Shown: positions 22,472-35,294 of the stretch, piece after piece | Numbering within the stretch: the first letter of the stretch is position 1 | Layout: each line of letters begins with the position of its first letter | Source: Mobula hypostoma | Taxonomy: Eukaryota | Direction: 5' to 3' | Length of the DNA: 64,000 nt | Assembly (NCBI RefSeq): GCF_963921235.1 | Contig: NC_086108.1 | Span: 113,896,001 to 113,960,000 of the forward strand | The notes under the pieces: generated by a model | Database searches by the model: none | What the model saw: only the letters and a program-made list of their open reading frames with translations | Told to the model about the DNA's origin: nothing | Program-made: the position numbers and the translations under genes

Positions 22472-25165
22472 AGATTGTCAGGTATGATGTTGTGGCCATC
22501 ACTGAATCATGGCTGAAGGATGATTGTAGTTGGGAGATGAATGTACAAAGTTACACGTTTTATTGGAGATAGGAAGGTAGGCAGAGTGGGTGGTGTGGTT
22601 CTGCTGGTGAAGAATGGCATCAAATAGACAGAAAGATGTGACATAAGATCAGAAGATGTTGAATCCTTATGGGTTGAGTTAAGAAACTGGAAGGGTAAAA
22701 TGTCCCTGATGGCAGTTATATACGGGGTTCCCAACAGCAGCTGGGAGGTGGACCATAGATTACAACGGGAAATAGAAAAGGTGAGTCAAAAGGGCAATGT
22801 TATGATAAGCATGAGAGATTTTAACATGCAAGGAGAATCAGGTTGGTAATGGACCTAAAGAGAGTGAGTTTGTTGAATGCCTATGAGATGGCAGTTTGTC
22901 GTTGAGCCAACTAGGGGATCAGCAATACTGGTTGAGTGTTATGTAGTGAACCAGAGGCGATTAGAGAGCTTAAAGTAAAAGAACCCTTAAAGGCAGAGAT
23001 CAGAATATAATTGAGTTCAACTTGAAATTTGATAGAGAGAAAGTAAAGTCTGAGGTAGCAGTATTTCAGTAGAATAAAGGAAATCACAGTGGAATGAGAG
23101 AGGAGTTGGCTAAAGTAAATTGGAAGGAGATGCTGGCACAGATGGCAGCAGTGTAGCAATAGCGTGAATTTCTGGGAAAAATGAGGAAGGTGCAGGACAG
23201 ATGTATTCCAAAAACAAAGAAAAAATCAAATGGCAAAATAGTGGCTGACAAGAGTAGTCAAAGCTAATGTAAAAGCAAAAGTGAGGGCATACATCAAAGC
23301 ACAAATTAGCGGCATTATAGAGGATTGGGAAGCTTTTAAAAACCTACAAAGAGCAACTAAAATAATTATTTGTGAAAAGATGAAATATGAAAGCAAGTTA
23401 GCAACCAATATCAAAGTGGATAGTAAAAGCTTTTTCGAGTACGTAAAAAATAAGAGAGGAGCGTGGATATAGGACCACTAGAAAATGAGGACAGAGAAAT
23501 AATAGTGGGGAACAAGGAGATGGCAGATGAACTAAATAATTACTTTGCATCAGACTTCACTGTGGAAGACACTAGCAGTGTGCCAGGTGTTGAAGGGTGT
23601 GAGAGAAGAGAAGAGAGTGCAGTTACTATTACAAGGGAGAAAGTGCTGAAAAAGCTGAAAGACCTAAGTCAACCAGGCCAGATGAACTGCACCTTTGGGT
23701 TCTGAAAAAGGTAGCGATAGAGATGGTGGAGGCATAAGTAACATCTTTCAAAAATCATTGGAGTTTGGCATGGTGCCAGAGGACTAGAAAATCACAAATG
23801 TCACTCCACTCTTTAAGAAAGGAGGAAGGCAGCAGAAAGGAAATTATGGACTAGTTAGCCTGATCTCAGTGGCTGGGAAGATGCTGGAGTCAATTGTTAA
23901 GTATGAGATTATGGAGTACTTGGTGACACAGGAGAAGATAGGACAAAGTCAGAATGGTTTCCTTAAGGGAAAATCTTACCTGATGAACCTGCTTTTCTTT
24001 GAGATTACTCATGGGATAAATAAAGGGGATGCAGTGGACATTGTATATTTGGGCTTTCAGAAGGCCTTTGACAAGATGCTACACATGAGGCTGCTTACCA
24101 AGTTAAGAGCCCATGGCATTACAGGAAAGTTACTATCATGGTTAGAGTGTGATAGGAGACTGGCAGGACGCTGGAGTAGGGATACAATCGCAGACCCAGT
24201 ACTGTGCACATAGTGACATTAATTGAGTAACAAATTCAGAGGGGCAACAAAGTTCAGGCAGAGATCAAAAATTCCAGAAAAATCCAAAAACGGGAAATGG
24301 GCATAGTTGATATTCGGACGGATAGATTTCAGATACGAATGCAGGAAAGGCTCAGGAAAACTCACTGGCGCAATCTGGCAACAAACAGGTGAAAACACTG
24401 ACTGAAATACACTGAGCAATAAACAGAGAGGCAGATGATAGGTGGAGCACAATGAGACACAGGTGGCAGCAATACAGGTAATAATGAGAAACAGGTGAGA
24501 GACGGAGTACTCAGTAATACAGGGGCCAGAGTAGAGCAGGACCGGGGACAGGAGCACCTGGGGCATGAAAACAAACAAAAGCACATGGCAATACAAAACC
24601 ACAGATGGATGGCTAGGGGTAAAACATACAAAAAGACAAAGTTCAGCTGGAGGTACTGACAGGAGGGTTCAGAGGAGGTTCACGAGGATGATTCCAAGAA
24701 TGAAAGGGTGATCATACAAGGAATGTTTCATGGCTGTGGGTCTGTACCCGCTGGAATTCAGAAGGACGGGTGGGTGGAGATATCATTGAAACCCTTTGAA
24801 TGTTGAAAGGCCTAGACAGAGTAGATGCGGAAAGGATGTTTTCCACTGGGGGGGGGGGGAGTCTAGGACAGGAGGGCACAGCCTCAGGATAGAAGGCCGT
24901 CCATTTAAAACATAGATGTGGAGAAATTCTTTAGCCAGAGAATGGTGAATTTGTGGAATTTGTTACCACAGGCACCTGTGGAGGTAGGTCATTGGGTGTA
25001 TTTAAGGCGGAAATTGATAGGTTCTTGACTGGACACGACATCAGAGGTTACGGAGAGAAGACCGGGGAGTGGGGCTGAGGTGGGGAAAAAAGGATCAGCC
25101 ATGATTGAATAGCAGAGCGACTCAGTGGGCCAAATGGCCTAGTTCTGCCCCTCTGTCTTAGGTCT
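22472..25165 (+). mobile_element. Degenerate CR1 (endonuclease to 3' UTR, internal deletion at the solo LTR)
   Basis: YDVVAITESWL, GKMLESIVK, FQKAFDK; 3' UTR ends near 25165. Confidence 0.82.
24148..24661 (-). mobile_element. Probable solo LTR (514 bp)
   Basis: TGTGA...TGACA ends, non-CR1 sequence with repeated CAGGTG motifs, inside a CR1; TSD imperfect (AGAG/GGAG). Confidence 0.6.
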
Positions 25166-25174
25166 AAAAGCAAG

Positions 25175-26106
25175 TGTCACGAACCCCGTGATGGGAATAA
25201 AGAACCAGCAGAGATGGAAAACACCGGAGTCTCGTATTGCTAAAACTAATAATATTTATTAGTAACTGCGCAATACAGTAATATAAATGAAGATAAATCA
25301 AACAGGTTAGCAGTGATTATATAAAAGTAAGTATATCAGTCAGTGTGGAAATATATGTATGAAAAACCAAGCTTCCTTAAGTCTAGGGGTAAAAAGATAC
25401 AGACTTACGATGATGAGTAAGGTTCCATTCAGTTCAGTTCGTGGTATTTAGTTAAGTAGTGATGGAGGGAGAGAGAGAGAGGGAGAGATTTGAGTCTTCG
25501 GGTGTGCTGATGCTGTCGATCTTCTCGTCGTCCTCCAAAATCCTTTACAAGTCACCGACTGTGACTTTAACAAGGGGCACTGGTTTTCTGTGGTGGAGCT
25601 ATCACCCAGGCGAGGGTGGACATGTAGACAACTCCCCAGCAGTCAACCCCTTCTCCTTCCACTGCAAGAGCGATTGGATCGATCCGCCTGATCGATCCTC
25701 CAAAACCCACTTTTTCTGCGGGCACAACAATGCTCATTCAGTGTCCAGATCATGTGTCTGAAGTCTATATCATCTGACCTCCTATTTATCTCACCGTGCT
25801 GAGCATCAACTGTCATTCAAAGAGTCCCTCCTTCCTTTGTCTGTGAAGAAATGCAAGCAGGCAAAACTGTCCTTGAAAGTAACATCAATAATGTGCTGTC
25901 GGTCACCATAGCAACTTTTGAGCTGCTGGGTGCTGTCTCCAAACCCACCTCAGTAGAAATCCGAAGTTACTTCCAGTGCCCTAAAGTGACAGTCCAACCG
26001 TTAATCTTTGTCTCTCTCTCTCTCTTTTCAAAACAAACCATCGGTGATAAGTAACTCCCTCTCTCTCTTCAAACAGTTAATAGGGGCACTCCTGGATCCC
26101 CTCACA
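25175..26106 (-). repeat. 3' LTR
   Basis: TGTCACG...CTCACA; direct repeat of 30818-31867; adjacent polypurine tract GAGGAAGGGGAG (26107-26118, minus strand). Confidence 0.92.
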
Positions 26107-26240
26107 CTCCCCTTCCTCAGAGAAAAAAAAATTGTCGAAGACCATTTTTTAAAAATCTAAATGTACATCACAGTGTTTGAAACAATACAGGTAAAAAAAA
26201 ATCATCAGATGACAAAGCAGAAGTGTTTACAGTTTCCAAC

Positions 26241-26760
26241 TTAACATCTGGATAAGCAATCAGCTATAATATTGTCAGTACCTTTCACATCTTTGATTGT
26301 CAGATGAAATTCCTGCAATATTAGACTCCAATTTAACAACCTTCTATTCTTATCCTTCATTTTAGTTAAAAACACCAACGGATTATGATCCGTGTAAATC
26401 ACAAGAGGTCCTTGAGCAGGACAAGTATAAACCTCAAAATGTTGTAAGGCCAGAATAAGTGCCAGTAACTCCTTTTCAACAGTTGAATAATTTTTCTGGT
26501 GCGCATTAAATTTCTTTGACAACTAAGCTACTGGGTGTTCAATATCATCTGCAACCTTCTGTAACAGTACTGCCCCAGCAGCTTCGTCACTAGCGTCTGT
26601 TGCTATCGAGAATGGTTTTGAAAAATCCGGTGCTTTGAGCACAGGATGATAACACAGGATGGTTTTTAGACATTCAAATGCCTCCTGGCAAAGGTCATTC
26701 CATACAAATCTTTCACTCTTCCCTAGGAGTTTTGTTGGGGGGGGACAGCGATGTCAACAA
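26241..26760 (-). pseudogene. Gypsy RNase H region, frameshifted
   Basis: NYSTVEKELLALILAL..YTDHNPL..KGTDNIIADCLSR. Confidence 0.85.
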
Positions 26761-26777
26761 AGTTCTTACAAAACTTT

Positions 26778-27848
26778 CTATAATACCCAACCATTCCTAA
26801 ACCCTACTAAAGTCTTCTTGCCAGTTGGAACAGGAACTTCAGCAATAGCTTGAACCTTGGTCTGTACAGGAGCCAGCTGGCCTTGGCCCACCACATAAGC
26901 CAGATACGTAACTGTGGCATGGCCAAATTTACTTTTAGCAAGGTTTGCAGTAAGATTAGCCTTAGAAAGTCTGTCAAACAGTTTTTCTACCGCTGCAATA
27001 TGCTCTTCCCATGTGTCATTCCAGACCACTAAGTCATCAATATAAGCCCCTGTGTTTTCTAAACCTCTAATCACAGAATTGATCATTCTTTGAAATGTCC
27101 CTGGTGTACTTTTCATCCCGAAGGGCAAAACATTGTATTCATATAGCCCTGAAGGTGCGACAAATGCTGAGATTTCTCTGGCCCTGTCAGTCAATGGAAC
27201 ACACCAGTATCCTTTTAACAGATCAATCTTTGTGAGGTACTTAGCCTTTCCCACTTTATCAATACAGTCATCTACCCTTGGGATAGGATAAGCATCCGTC
27301 TTGGTTATTGCATTAATTTTCCGGTAGTCAGTAGAGAATCCCATGCTACCGTCCGGTTTAGGCACAAGCACGCATGGTGACCTCCAGTCTGTGGTAGATG
27401 GCTTAATAATACCAGTTGCTAGCATGTATCCAATCTCCTTTTCAACTTCTTTATTTTCCTCGAAGGTCATTCTGTAAGGATGCTGTTTAATGGGCTGGGC
27501 TGAATTTATAATGACATCATGCACTGCCCCTGTGCACCATCTTGGGATGTCAGGAAATAAATCTTTATGCTTCCTAATTAGTTCCTGCAATTGTTCTCTT
27601 TGTGCAGGCCCCAGATGACAAACCATATCAGTAAGGTCCTTTAAAATAATGGAATTCATAAGTCTCATTGACACAATACTCAGCTTGGTGAAATGATTTC
27701 TCCACTCATTATCAAATTCCTCAGCCCCCCTTGTTTTTGTGATCGTACTTACTGGTACCATCTCAGAACCATGATAAAGTTTCAACATATTAATGTACAC
27801 CAGCTGTGTTGCCTTTCTCCTGTCAGGAGTTTCAATAATATAATTCAA
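26778..27848 (-). pseudogene. Gypsy reverse transcriptase
   Basis: PIKQHPYR, SPCVLVPKPDGS, DYRKIN, IDLLKGYW, LPFGM, YIDDL. Confidence 0.92.
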
Positions 27849-27976
27849 AGAAACAATTTTCTTAATTATGCAGTATGGTCAATGGAATTTTACTTGGACG
27901 GGGTTGGTCGCAAGAGGGAACAGCACCAGTACTTTATTTCCAACTTGCTCCCTCGCTCTCCTATCAAACCAATGTT

Positions 27977-29254
27977 TCATTTTAATTTGGGAGTTTTGCA
28001 GATTCCTCTTGGCCTTTCACGGAATTTTAAGACATAGTCTAACACGCTGACACACACTTTTGGGTTAGACCATTGCTCCCTGAGCAGGGTCAAAGGTCCT
28101 TTGGGCCTATGGCCAAAAATGAGCTCAAACGGGCTGAACCCCAAGTACTCTTGAATGGTGTCTCTCACAGCAAAAAGTAGTAAATGTATCCCCTCATCCC
28201 AATCCTTGTCATTTTCATGGCAGTAGGTCTTAATCATGGTTTTTAAAGTGGAATGAAACCTCTCCAAAGCCCCTTGAGGCTCTGGGTGGTAGGCAGATGA
28301 CACAATCTGTTGAGCTCCCAGCTCGGACACTACTTGCTGGAATATTTTTGAAGTGAAGTTGCTACCCTGGTCAGATTGAATTTCTTTAGGTAACCCTACC
28401 AGTGCGAAAAACTTGCTGAGTGCTTTTACCACAGTCTTGGCCTGGATGTTTCTGAGAGGCACAGCTTCAGGGAACCTAGATGCAGCACACATAATTGTTA
28501 ACAAATACTGATGACCAGTTGCAGACTTTGGCAATGGGCCTACCCAATCCACTATGACCCTGGCAAAAGGTTCACCAAAAGCAGGTATTGGCTGAAATGG
28601 TGCTTTTGGAATGGCCTGGTTAGGTTTTCCCACCACCTGGCACGTATGGCATCCTCTATAGTAATTGACAATATCTTTCCTCACGTTAGGCCAATAAAAT
28701 TCCCTCATGATCCTGTGCACTGTCTTCTTTACTCCAAAATGTCCCCATAAAGGCATCTTATGGGCCAGGTTTAAAACTTCAGCCCTGTAAATCTTTGGAA
28801 CCACCACCTGATGTACAACAGCCCAATCCTCACTCACAGGCACAGTGACTGGTCTCCACTTCCTCATCAACACCCCATCTTTAAGATAATATCCCACTGT
28901 CTTGCTCTGAATTTCATCCTCAGAGAAGGCTGTCTCTTTTAAAGCCACAATTTCAGGATCTTTATTCTGCTCCTCTATAAATTCCTTCCTTGATAGGGAC
29001 AGGTCTTTCCTCTCCTCCTTGTTCTCCTCAGCCTTACTCCCCTCTAAGTCCTGTTGGTATAGGGACGGTAGGAAAGTCTCAGATAAATCAATATTAGCAG
29101 CAGCAGCCTTTCTGGACATGCTTCGGGTCACTGTGCATGCGGGATACAGATCAGCATCTATGGGCGGGTCCTCAGCAGCAGCAGGCTTACTTGTGAGCCA
29201 GACTGCTGGGTAAACTTCTCCACCTGCAAGGTCATTACCAAGTAAGATCAACAT
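27977..29254 (-). pseudogene. Gypsy integrase located upstream of RT
   Basis: HHCC finger HKMPLWGH..CHTC; DDE core VIVDWVGP, IQSDQGSNF, GALERFHSTLK. Confidence 0.92.
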
Positions 29255-29320
29255 GGTCTATTGGTAGTTCAGATTGTACCCCTATTGTGACTGGTCTGGA
29301 TACCAACTCGCATTTCAAGA

Positions 29321-30743
29321 TTATCTTATAAAAGTCACGGCCTCAGTTTCCTGTCCAATGCCCTTGATAATATTTACTTCCCCAGTCACTGTCTCAGCAC
29401 CAAATTCCAAAACACTCTTTAATATCAGTGACTGGAAAGCTCCAGTATCTCTCCAGATTCTTACTGGAACGGGGGTTGCCCCCTTCTTCATAGACACAAA
29501 CCCTTCTGAAATAAATCTCTCGAGTCTCTCCTGAACTCGGTCAGACCCCTCCTTCAGTGGTGTTTTAACCATCTGAACACAGGCATTTGGGGTTTTCTCT
29601 TTCTCCTTTCCTTTCCCCTCTCCATAGCAAAACAATTTGATGCCACATGGCCAGGTTTTCCACAAGAGTAACACTTGAAACTGGGAAATTTTCCCCCCGA
29701 CTGTTTCCCTTCCTCCTTACTTTTGTCACTAGTCCCCGGTTTACTCTCTGGTTTAGCCGGTGGATTATCTCTACTCCCTTATGGTTATTCTTACTGAGGA
29801 AAAACTTAGCTTTATGAGTTAAGGCGTACTCGTCTGCTAACTTAGCAGATTCTGACAGTGTAGCTGCCCCTTTCCCATCTAAGTGCGTCCTTATCTCAGC
29901 CGAGACGCAGTTTTTAAGCTCTTCAATCAATATTAACTCTTTCAAGTTGCCAATATTCTCATTCGCCTCTTTCGAAGCACACCACCGATCAAAGTATACA
30001 CGTTTCTCATGGGAAAACTCCACATACGTTTGGTTCCAGGACTTTCTCAAACCTCGAAACCTTTGTCTGTACGCCTTCGGGACTAACTCATAAGCCTTAA
30101 AGACGGCATCTTTCACTTTGTCATAATCCTTTTCATCTTCAAGAGACAGGGTTACGTATGTTTGCTGAGCCTTCCCCTTAATCACACTCTGTAGTAACAC
30201 CGCCCACTAATCCCTCGGCCAGTTCCGATTACAGGCCACTTTCTCAAAATATAGGAAATTCCTATCAATTTCTGCTTCCTGAAATGGAGGCACTAACTTA
30301 ATTTCTCGACTGATACTAAACCCCTCATCACGGTACGCCACCTAATCGTTACTTTGCCATTTCTCCCTTTCAAATGCTCTCTGCCTCTTCTCTCTGTCTG
30401 CCTCTCTAGCCTCATGGATCCTCTGTTTTTCTGCAGCTTCAGCCTCGAGCCGCATTATTTCCAATTTCAGTTTCAACTGAGCTTCAGCCTCAGCCTGTAC
30501 CTTACCTTCAGCAAATAACCCTAAAGCCTCCTCCTCGAACGTTCCCTGAGCTATATAATACTGGGCTATTATCATCTGCATCTGAACTTTCCTCATTTTA
30601 GTGGTCACCCTTAGTTTTAACCTTTGAGCAATTCTGAACAGCAAATCCCTCTTAGCATCCTCCAAATCCTCAGGGGTTGGTTCTGCCATAAACTTATTAA
30701 CTTCAACCTCCATTTCTGCTGATATTCCACACGACCAAATCAA
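29321..30743 (-). pseudogene. gag (SCAN-like capsid) and protease-like region, frameshifted
   Basis: AYELVPKAYRQRFRGLRK..LKELILIEELKN (SCAN-like); WRDTGAFQSLI (aspartic protease-like DTGA). Confidence 0.8.
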
Positions 30744-30795
30744 AAGGAATTTTTCCCCAATTAATTCAAACCAGCCTCCCGACCAATTTGTTCAT

Positions 30796-30813
30796 ATCCC
30801 GGACAAGCCCCCA
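30796..30813 (-). other. Primer binding site, tRNA-Pro
   Basis: TGGGGGCTTGTCCGGGAT, one mismatch to the canonical tRNA-Pro PBS TGGGGGCTCGTCCGGGAT, 4 nt from the 5' LTR. Confidence 0.88.
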
Positions 30814-30817
30814 GTTT

Positions 30818-31867
30818 TGTCACGAACCCCGTGATGGAAATAAAGAACCAGCAGAGATGGAAAACAATTTGGAGTCTAGTATTGCTATAAATAATATTTA
30901 TTAGTAACTATGCAATACAGTAATATAATTGAAGATAAATCAAACAGGTTAGCAATGATTATATAAAAGTAAGTATATCAGTCAGTGTGGAAATATATGT
31001 ATGAAAAGCCAAGCATCTTTCAGTCTAGGGGTAAAAAGATACAGACTTACGATGATGAGTAAGGTTCCATTCAGTTCAGTTCGTGGTATTTAGTTAAGTA
31101 GTGATGGAGGGAGAGAGAGAGAGGGAGAGATTTGAGTCTTCGGGTGTGCTGATGCTGTCGATCTTCTCGTCGTCCTCCAAAATCCTTTACAAGTCACCGA
31201 CTGTGACTTTAACAAGGGGCACTGGTTTTCTGTGGTGGAGCTATCACCCAGGCGAGGGTGGACATGTAGACAACTCCCCAGCAGTCAACCCCTTCTCCTT
31301 CCACTGCAAGAGCGATTGGATCGATCCGCCTGATCGATCCTCCAAAACCCACTTTTTCTGCGGGCACAACAATGCTCATTCAGTATCCTGATCATGTGTC
31401 TGAGGTCTGTATCATCTGACCTCCTATTTATCTCACCGTGCTGAGCATCAACTGTCATTCAGAGTCCCTCCTTCCTTTGTCTGTGAAGAAATGCAAGTAG
31501 GCAAAACTGTCCTTGAAAGTAACATCAATAATGTGCTGTCGGTCACCATAGGGAAGGCTGGTGCAGGGTTCTGAGTTGGATTATCAGCCATGATCATAAT
31601 AAATGGCGGTGCAGGCTCGAAGGGCCGAAGGGCCTACTCCTGCACCTATTTTCTATATTTCTATGTTTCTATAGCAACTTTCGAGCTGCTGGGTGCTGTC
31701 TCCAAACCCACCTCAGTTGGAATCCAAAGTTACTTCCAGTGCTCTAAAGTGACAGTCCAACCGTTAATCTTCATCTCTCTCTCTCTCTTTTCAAAACAAA
31801 CCATCGGTGATAAATAACTCTCTCTCTCTTTAAACAGTTAACAGGGGCACTCCAGGATCCCCTCACA
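30818..31867 (-). repeat. 5' LTR (contains a CR1 3' tail insertion)
   Basis: Direct repeat of 25175-26106 plus about 120 extra bp. Confidence 0.92.
31552..31670 (+). mobile_element. Very short CR1 3' UTR insertion
   Basis: Absent from the other LTR; ATAG duplicated; TTTCTATG-type tail; matches the 3' end of the CR1 at 39763. Confidence 0.85.
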
Positions 31868-32635
31868 CAAGAATGTAATGTTAAGACTTTATGAAGCACT
31901 GGTGAGGCCTCACTTGGAGTATTGTGGGTAGCTTTGGTCCCTTAATCTTAGAAAGGATGTGCTGAAACTGGAGAGAGTCGAAAGGAGGTTCACAAAAATG
32001 ATTCCAGAATAGCATAGCTTTTCATTTGAAGAATATTTGATGGCTCTGGGCCTGTACTCGGAGCTTAGAAAAATGGAGCCGGGGGTGGGGTTTATCATTG
32101 AAACCTATTGAATATTGAAAGGCCAAGATAGAGTGGACGTGGAGAGGATGTTTCCTATAGTGAAGGAGTCTGGAACAAGAGCACGCAGCCTCAGAATTGA
32201 GGACTGTCCATTTGGAACGGTGATGAAGAATAAATTTCTTTAACCAGAGGGCTGTGAATCTGTGGAACTCATTGCCATGGATGTCTGTGCCGGCCAGATC
32301 ATTGGGTATATTTAAGGTGGATGTTGATAAGTTCTTGATTAGACGGGGGCGGGGGCGGGTGGAGAAGGCAGGAGAATAGGGGTGAGATGAATGTTAGATC
32401 AGCCATAATGGAATGGCAGACCAGATTGGATGAGCCAAATGGCCTAATTCTGCTCCTTTGTCTTATGTACATGGATATATTTTCCCAAGAAAATTATATG
32501 AGGAGCAACCCCATTTGCTCGTTTAAAGCAGAAAACGATATGTAGAATTCAGCTAAAGAATTAGGAATTTTTTTTTTAAATCAGAGAGTTTTGGATTTTT
32601 TTTTAAAGATACAATGAACATTTTTTTAAAAAGAC

Positions 32636-33630
32636 TAACACAAACAAAATGCTGGAGGAACTCAGCAGGTCAGTCAGTATCTATTGGAGAGGAATAAGCA
32701 GTCGACATTTTGGGTTGAGACCCTTAATCAAGACTGGAAAGTAAGAGGGAAGATGTCAGAATAAGGTGGGGAGGGGAAGGATGACAAGCTAGAAGGTGAC
32801 AGGTGAAGCCAGGTGGATGGGGGAGAGGGAATGAAGGGAGAAGTTGGGAGGCCATAGGTTAAAAAATAAAAGACTGAAAAAGAAGGAACCTAATTGGAGA
32901 GCAGAATGGACCGTAGGAGAAAGGGAAGGTGTAGCAGGACTATGGGGAGGTAATAGGCAAAAAAAAAAGAAAGTCTGCAGATGCCGGAAAAAAGCAACAC
33001 ATACAAAATACTGAAGGAAGTCAGCAGGCCAGGCAGCATCTATAGAAAAGAGTAAACAGTCGACATTTTGGGCCAAGGCCCTTCATCAGGAAAGAAAGAG
33101 AAGCCAGAGTAAGAAGGTGAAGGTGGGGGAGAGGGGAGGAAGTACAAGGTGGCAGGTAATTGGTGGAACTGGGAGAGGGGGAGGAGGTGAAGTAAAGAGC
33201 TGGGAAGTTGATCGGTGAAAGAAGCAAAGGGTTGGAGAAGGGGGAATCTGATAGAAGAGGGCAGAAGATCATGGGAGAAGGGGAAAGGGAAGGATCAACA
33301 GAGGCAGGTGAGAAGAAGTAAAGTGAAGAGTGGGGAATGGAAGAAGAGTGAAGGGGAGGGGTGAAATGACCAGAAGTTAGAGAAATTGTTCATGCCTTCA
33401 GGTTGGAGACACCCCAGGAAGAATATGAGGTATTGCTCCTTCAATCTGAGATTGGTCTCATTGTGGCAGTAGAGGAGGCCATAGACTGACCTGTTGGATT
33501 GGGAATGGGGATTGGAATTAAAATGGTTAGCCACCAGGAAACTCTGCTTTTTGCGGATGGAGTGAAGGTGCTCGACAAAGCGATCCCCTAGATTGTGTCA
33601 AGCCTTACCAATGTTGAGGAGGCTGCATTG
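32636..33630 (-). mobile_element. Tandem Penelope-like fragments with GIY-YIG C-terminus and two degenerate hammerheads
   Basis: ORF 33295-33534 ANHFNS.PHS..LKEQYLIFFLGCLQPEGMN; pLTRs near 32640 and 32970. Confidence 0.8.
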
Positions 33631-33849
33631 CTATTGTCTGAAGAAAGATTGTATGTTCTCCCTGTGACTGGTTTCCTCCCACATTCCGAAGATATATGGT
33701 TTCAGGTTAGTAAACTGTGGGCATGCTATGTTGCCACCACAAGCATAGCGACACTTGCAGGCACCTCAGACTGTGTTGGTTGCTAATGGGAAATGATGCA
33801 TTTCACCCTGTTTCAATGTACAGGCGACAAATAAAGCTGATCTTCTCTT

Positions 33850-34680
33850 TATCTCTTCAAAGCATAAGGAACATGGAGTGGCGGGGGTTGAGGGGGAGAT
33901 CTGATCTAGCAGGAGTTCCCGTGGACCGCAGGTTGGGAACCCCTATGATAGTGGTTTATAAGATTACGAGAGGCATAGATAGATGTCTAATACCGGAGGG
34001 CATGTATTTAAGGTGAGAGGGGGTACTTTCAAGGGAGTTTTGAGGGGCAGGTCTTTTTTTTTAAAACACATATTGGTGGGTGCCTGGAATGTGCTGCCTG
34101 GGGTGGTGGTAGAGACAGATACTGAAAGGACTAGATAGGATGGATGTGGACAGGATGTTTCCTATAGTGGGGGTATCCAGAACTAGAAGGCACAGCCTCA
34201 AAATTGAGGTCAACCTTTTAGAACAAAGGTAAGGAGGAATTTTTTTTTAAGAAAGTAGTGTACCTGTGGAATGCTCTGCCGCAGACTGCGGTGGAGGCCA
34301 AGTCCATGAATTATTTAAGGCAGAAGTTGATACCTTCCTGATTGGTCAGGGCATCAAAGGATATGGTGAGAAGGCAGGTATAAGGGGTTGAGTGGGATCG
34401 GGGACCAGCCATCATGGAATGGTGGAGCAGGCTTGATGGGCTGAATGGCCTAATTCTGCTCCTACGTCTCATGGTCTTATTAGAGACTTTTAAGAGACAT
34501 TTAGGTAGGCACATGAATGTGAGGAAAATGGAGGGATGTGGACATTGTGGGCTGAACGGCCTGTTCCTGTGCTGTAGTGTACTGTCTATGTTCTGTATGC
34601 ACACAGAAGGGATTAGTATAATTTAGCAGAGACATCCTTGGGCAAAGAGCCTTTTCCTGTGCTGTGCCTTACTATGTTCT
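33850..34680 (+). mobile_element. Nested CR1 3' fragments, with a tiny hAT-like remnant near 33909-33945
   Basis: Two CR1 tails; CAGGAGTTCCC..GGGAACCCCT remnant. Confidence 0.6.
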
Positions 34681-34831
34681 AACCAACTCCCCATACATTC
34701 CTATCCATCCATCGCTCACTGAATCTACAGCAACCAAGTGACCTACCAACCCACACACCTTTGCAATGATGGAAGAGACTTCAGCACCTGAGGGAACCCA
34801 CACTATCGCTCCAACTGAATCACTCAATGTA

Positions 34832-35069
34832 ACACATACAAAATGCAGGAGGAACTCATCAGGGCAGGCAGCATCTATGGAAAAGAGTACAGTTGATGTT
34901 TCGGGCTGAAACCTTTCATCACGACTCAATTAGGTCCTGATGAAGGGTTTTGGCTCAAAACGTCAACTGCTCTCTTTTCCATAGATGCTGCCTGGCCTGC
35001 TGAGTTCTTCCAGCATTTTATGTGTGTTGCTTAGATAACCAGCATCTGCAGATTTTCTTGTTTTGATTA
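34832..35069 (+). mobile_element. Miniature Penelope fold-back insertion with divergent hammerhead motifs on both strands
   Basis: About 95-bp inverted arms around 34927-34932; TSD AATCA(C/T)TCAATGTA at 34818-34831 and 35070-35083. Confidence 0.82.
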
Positions 35070-35294
35070 AATCATTCAATGTACCCTCATCATCATACAC
35101 ACACCCACACTGTCAGCTGCCTTTCATCATAATATACCCTATTATATTCTGGCTAAGAATGTCCTTGCAATCTCTAAAAATCTCTCTGGTTTATGTTCAA
35201 AAGCAGTTCTGTCTTATCTTGATCCACACCCAAGATTTGCTCCTGAAAATTGAGAATATTGTTGGTACTCGCAAATCAAAATGAAACAAATCCT

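Larger units (their letters stand above)
25175..31867 (-). mobile_element. Full-length degenerate Gmr1-like Ty3/Gypsy LTR retrotransposon
   Basis: Two LTRs with TG..CA ends, 4-bp TSD CAAG (25171-25174, 31868-31871), PBS, PPT, order gag-(PR)-INT-RT-RH. Confidence 0.93.
21985..32468 (+). mobile_element. Old host CR1 split into about 21985-22471, 25166-25174 and 31872-32468 by nested insertions
   Basis: Joining GAGAATATA + AAAAGCAAG + AATGTAATGTTAAGACTTT restores contiguous CR1 RT-thumb sequence; 3' UTR near 32460. Confidence 0.72.

Noticed and set aside
25459..31391. Duplicated ~100-aa ORF MMEGERERER...
   Set aside because: Antisense frame within the two LTRs, not a gene duplication
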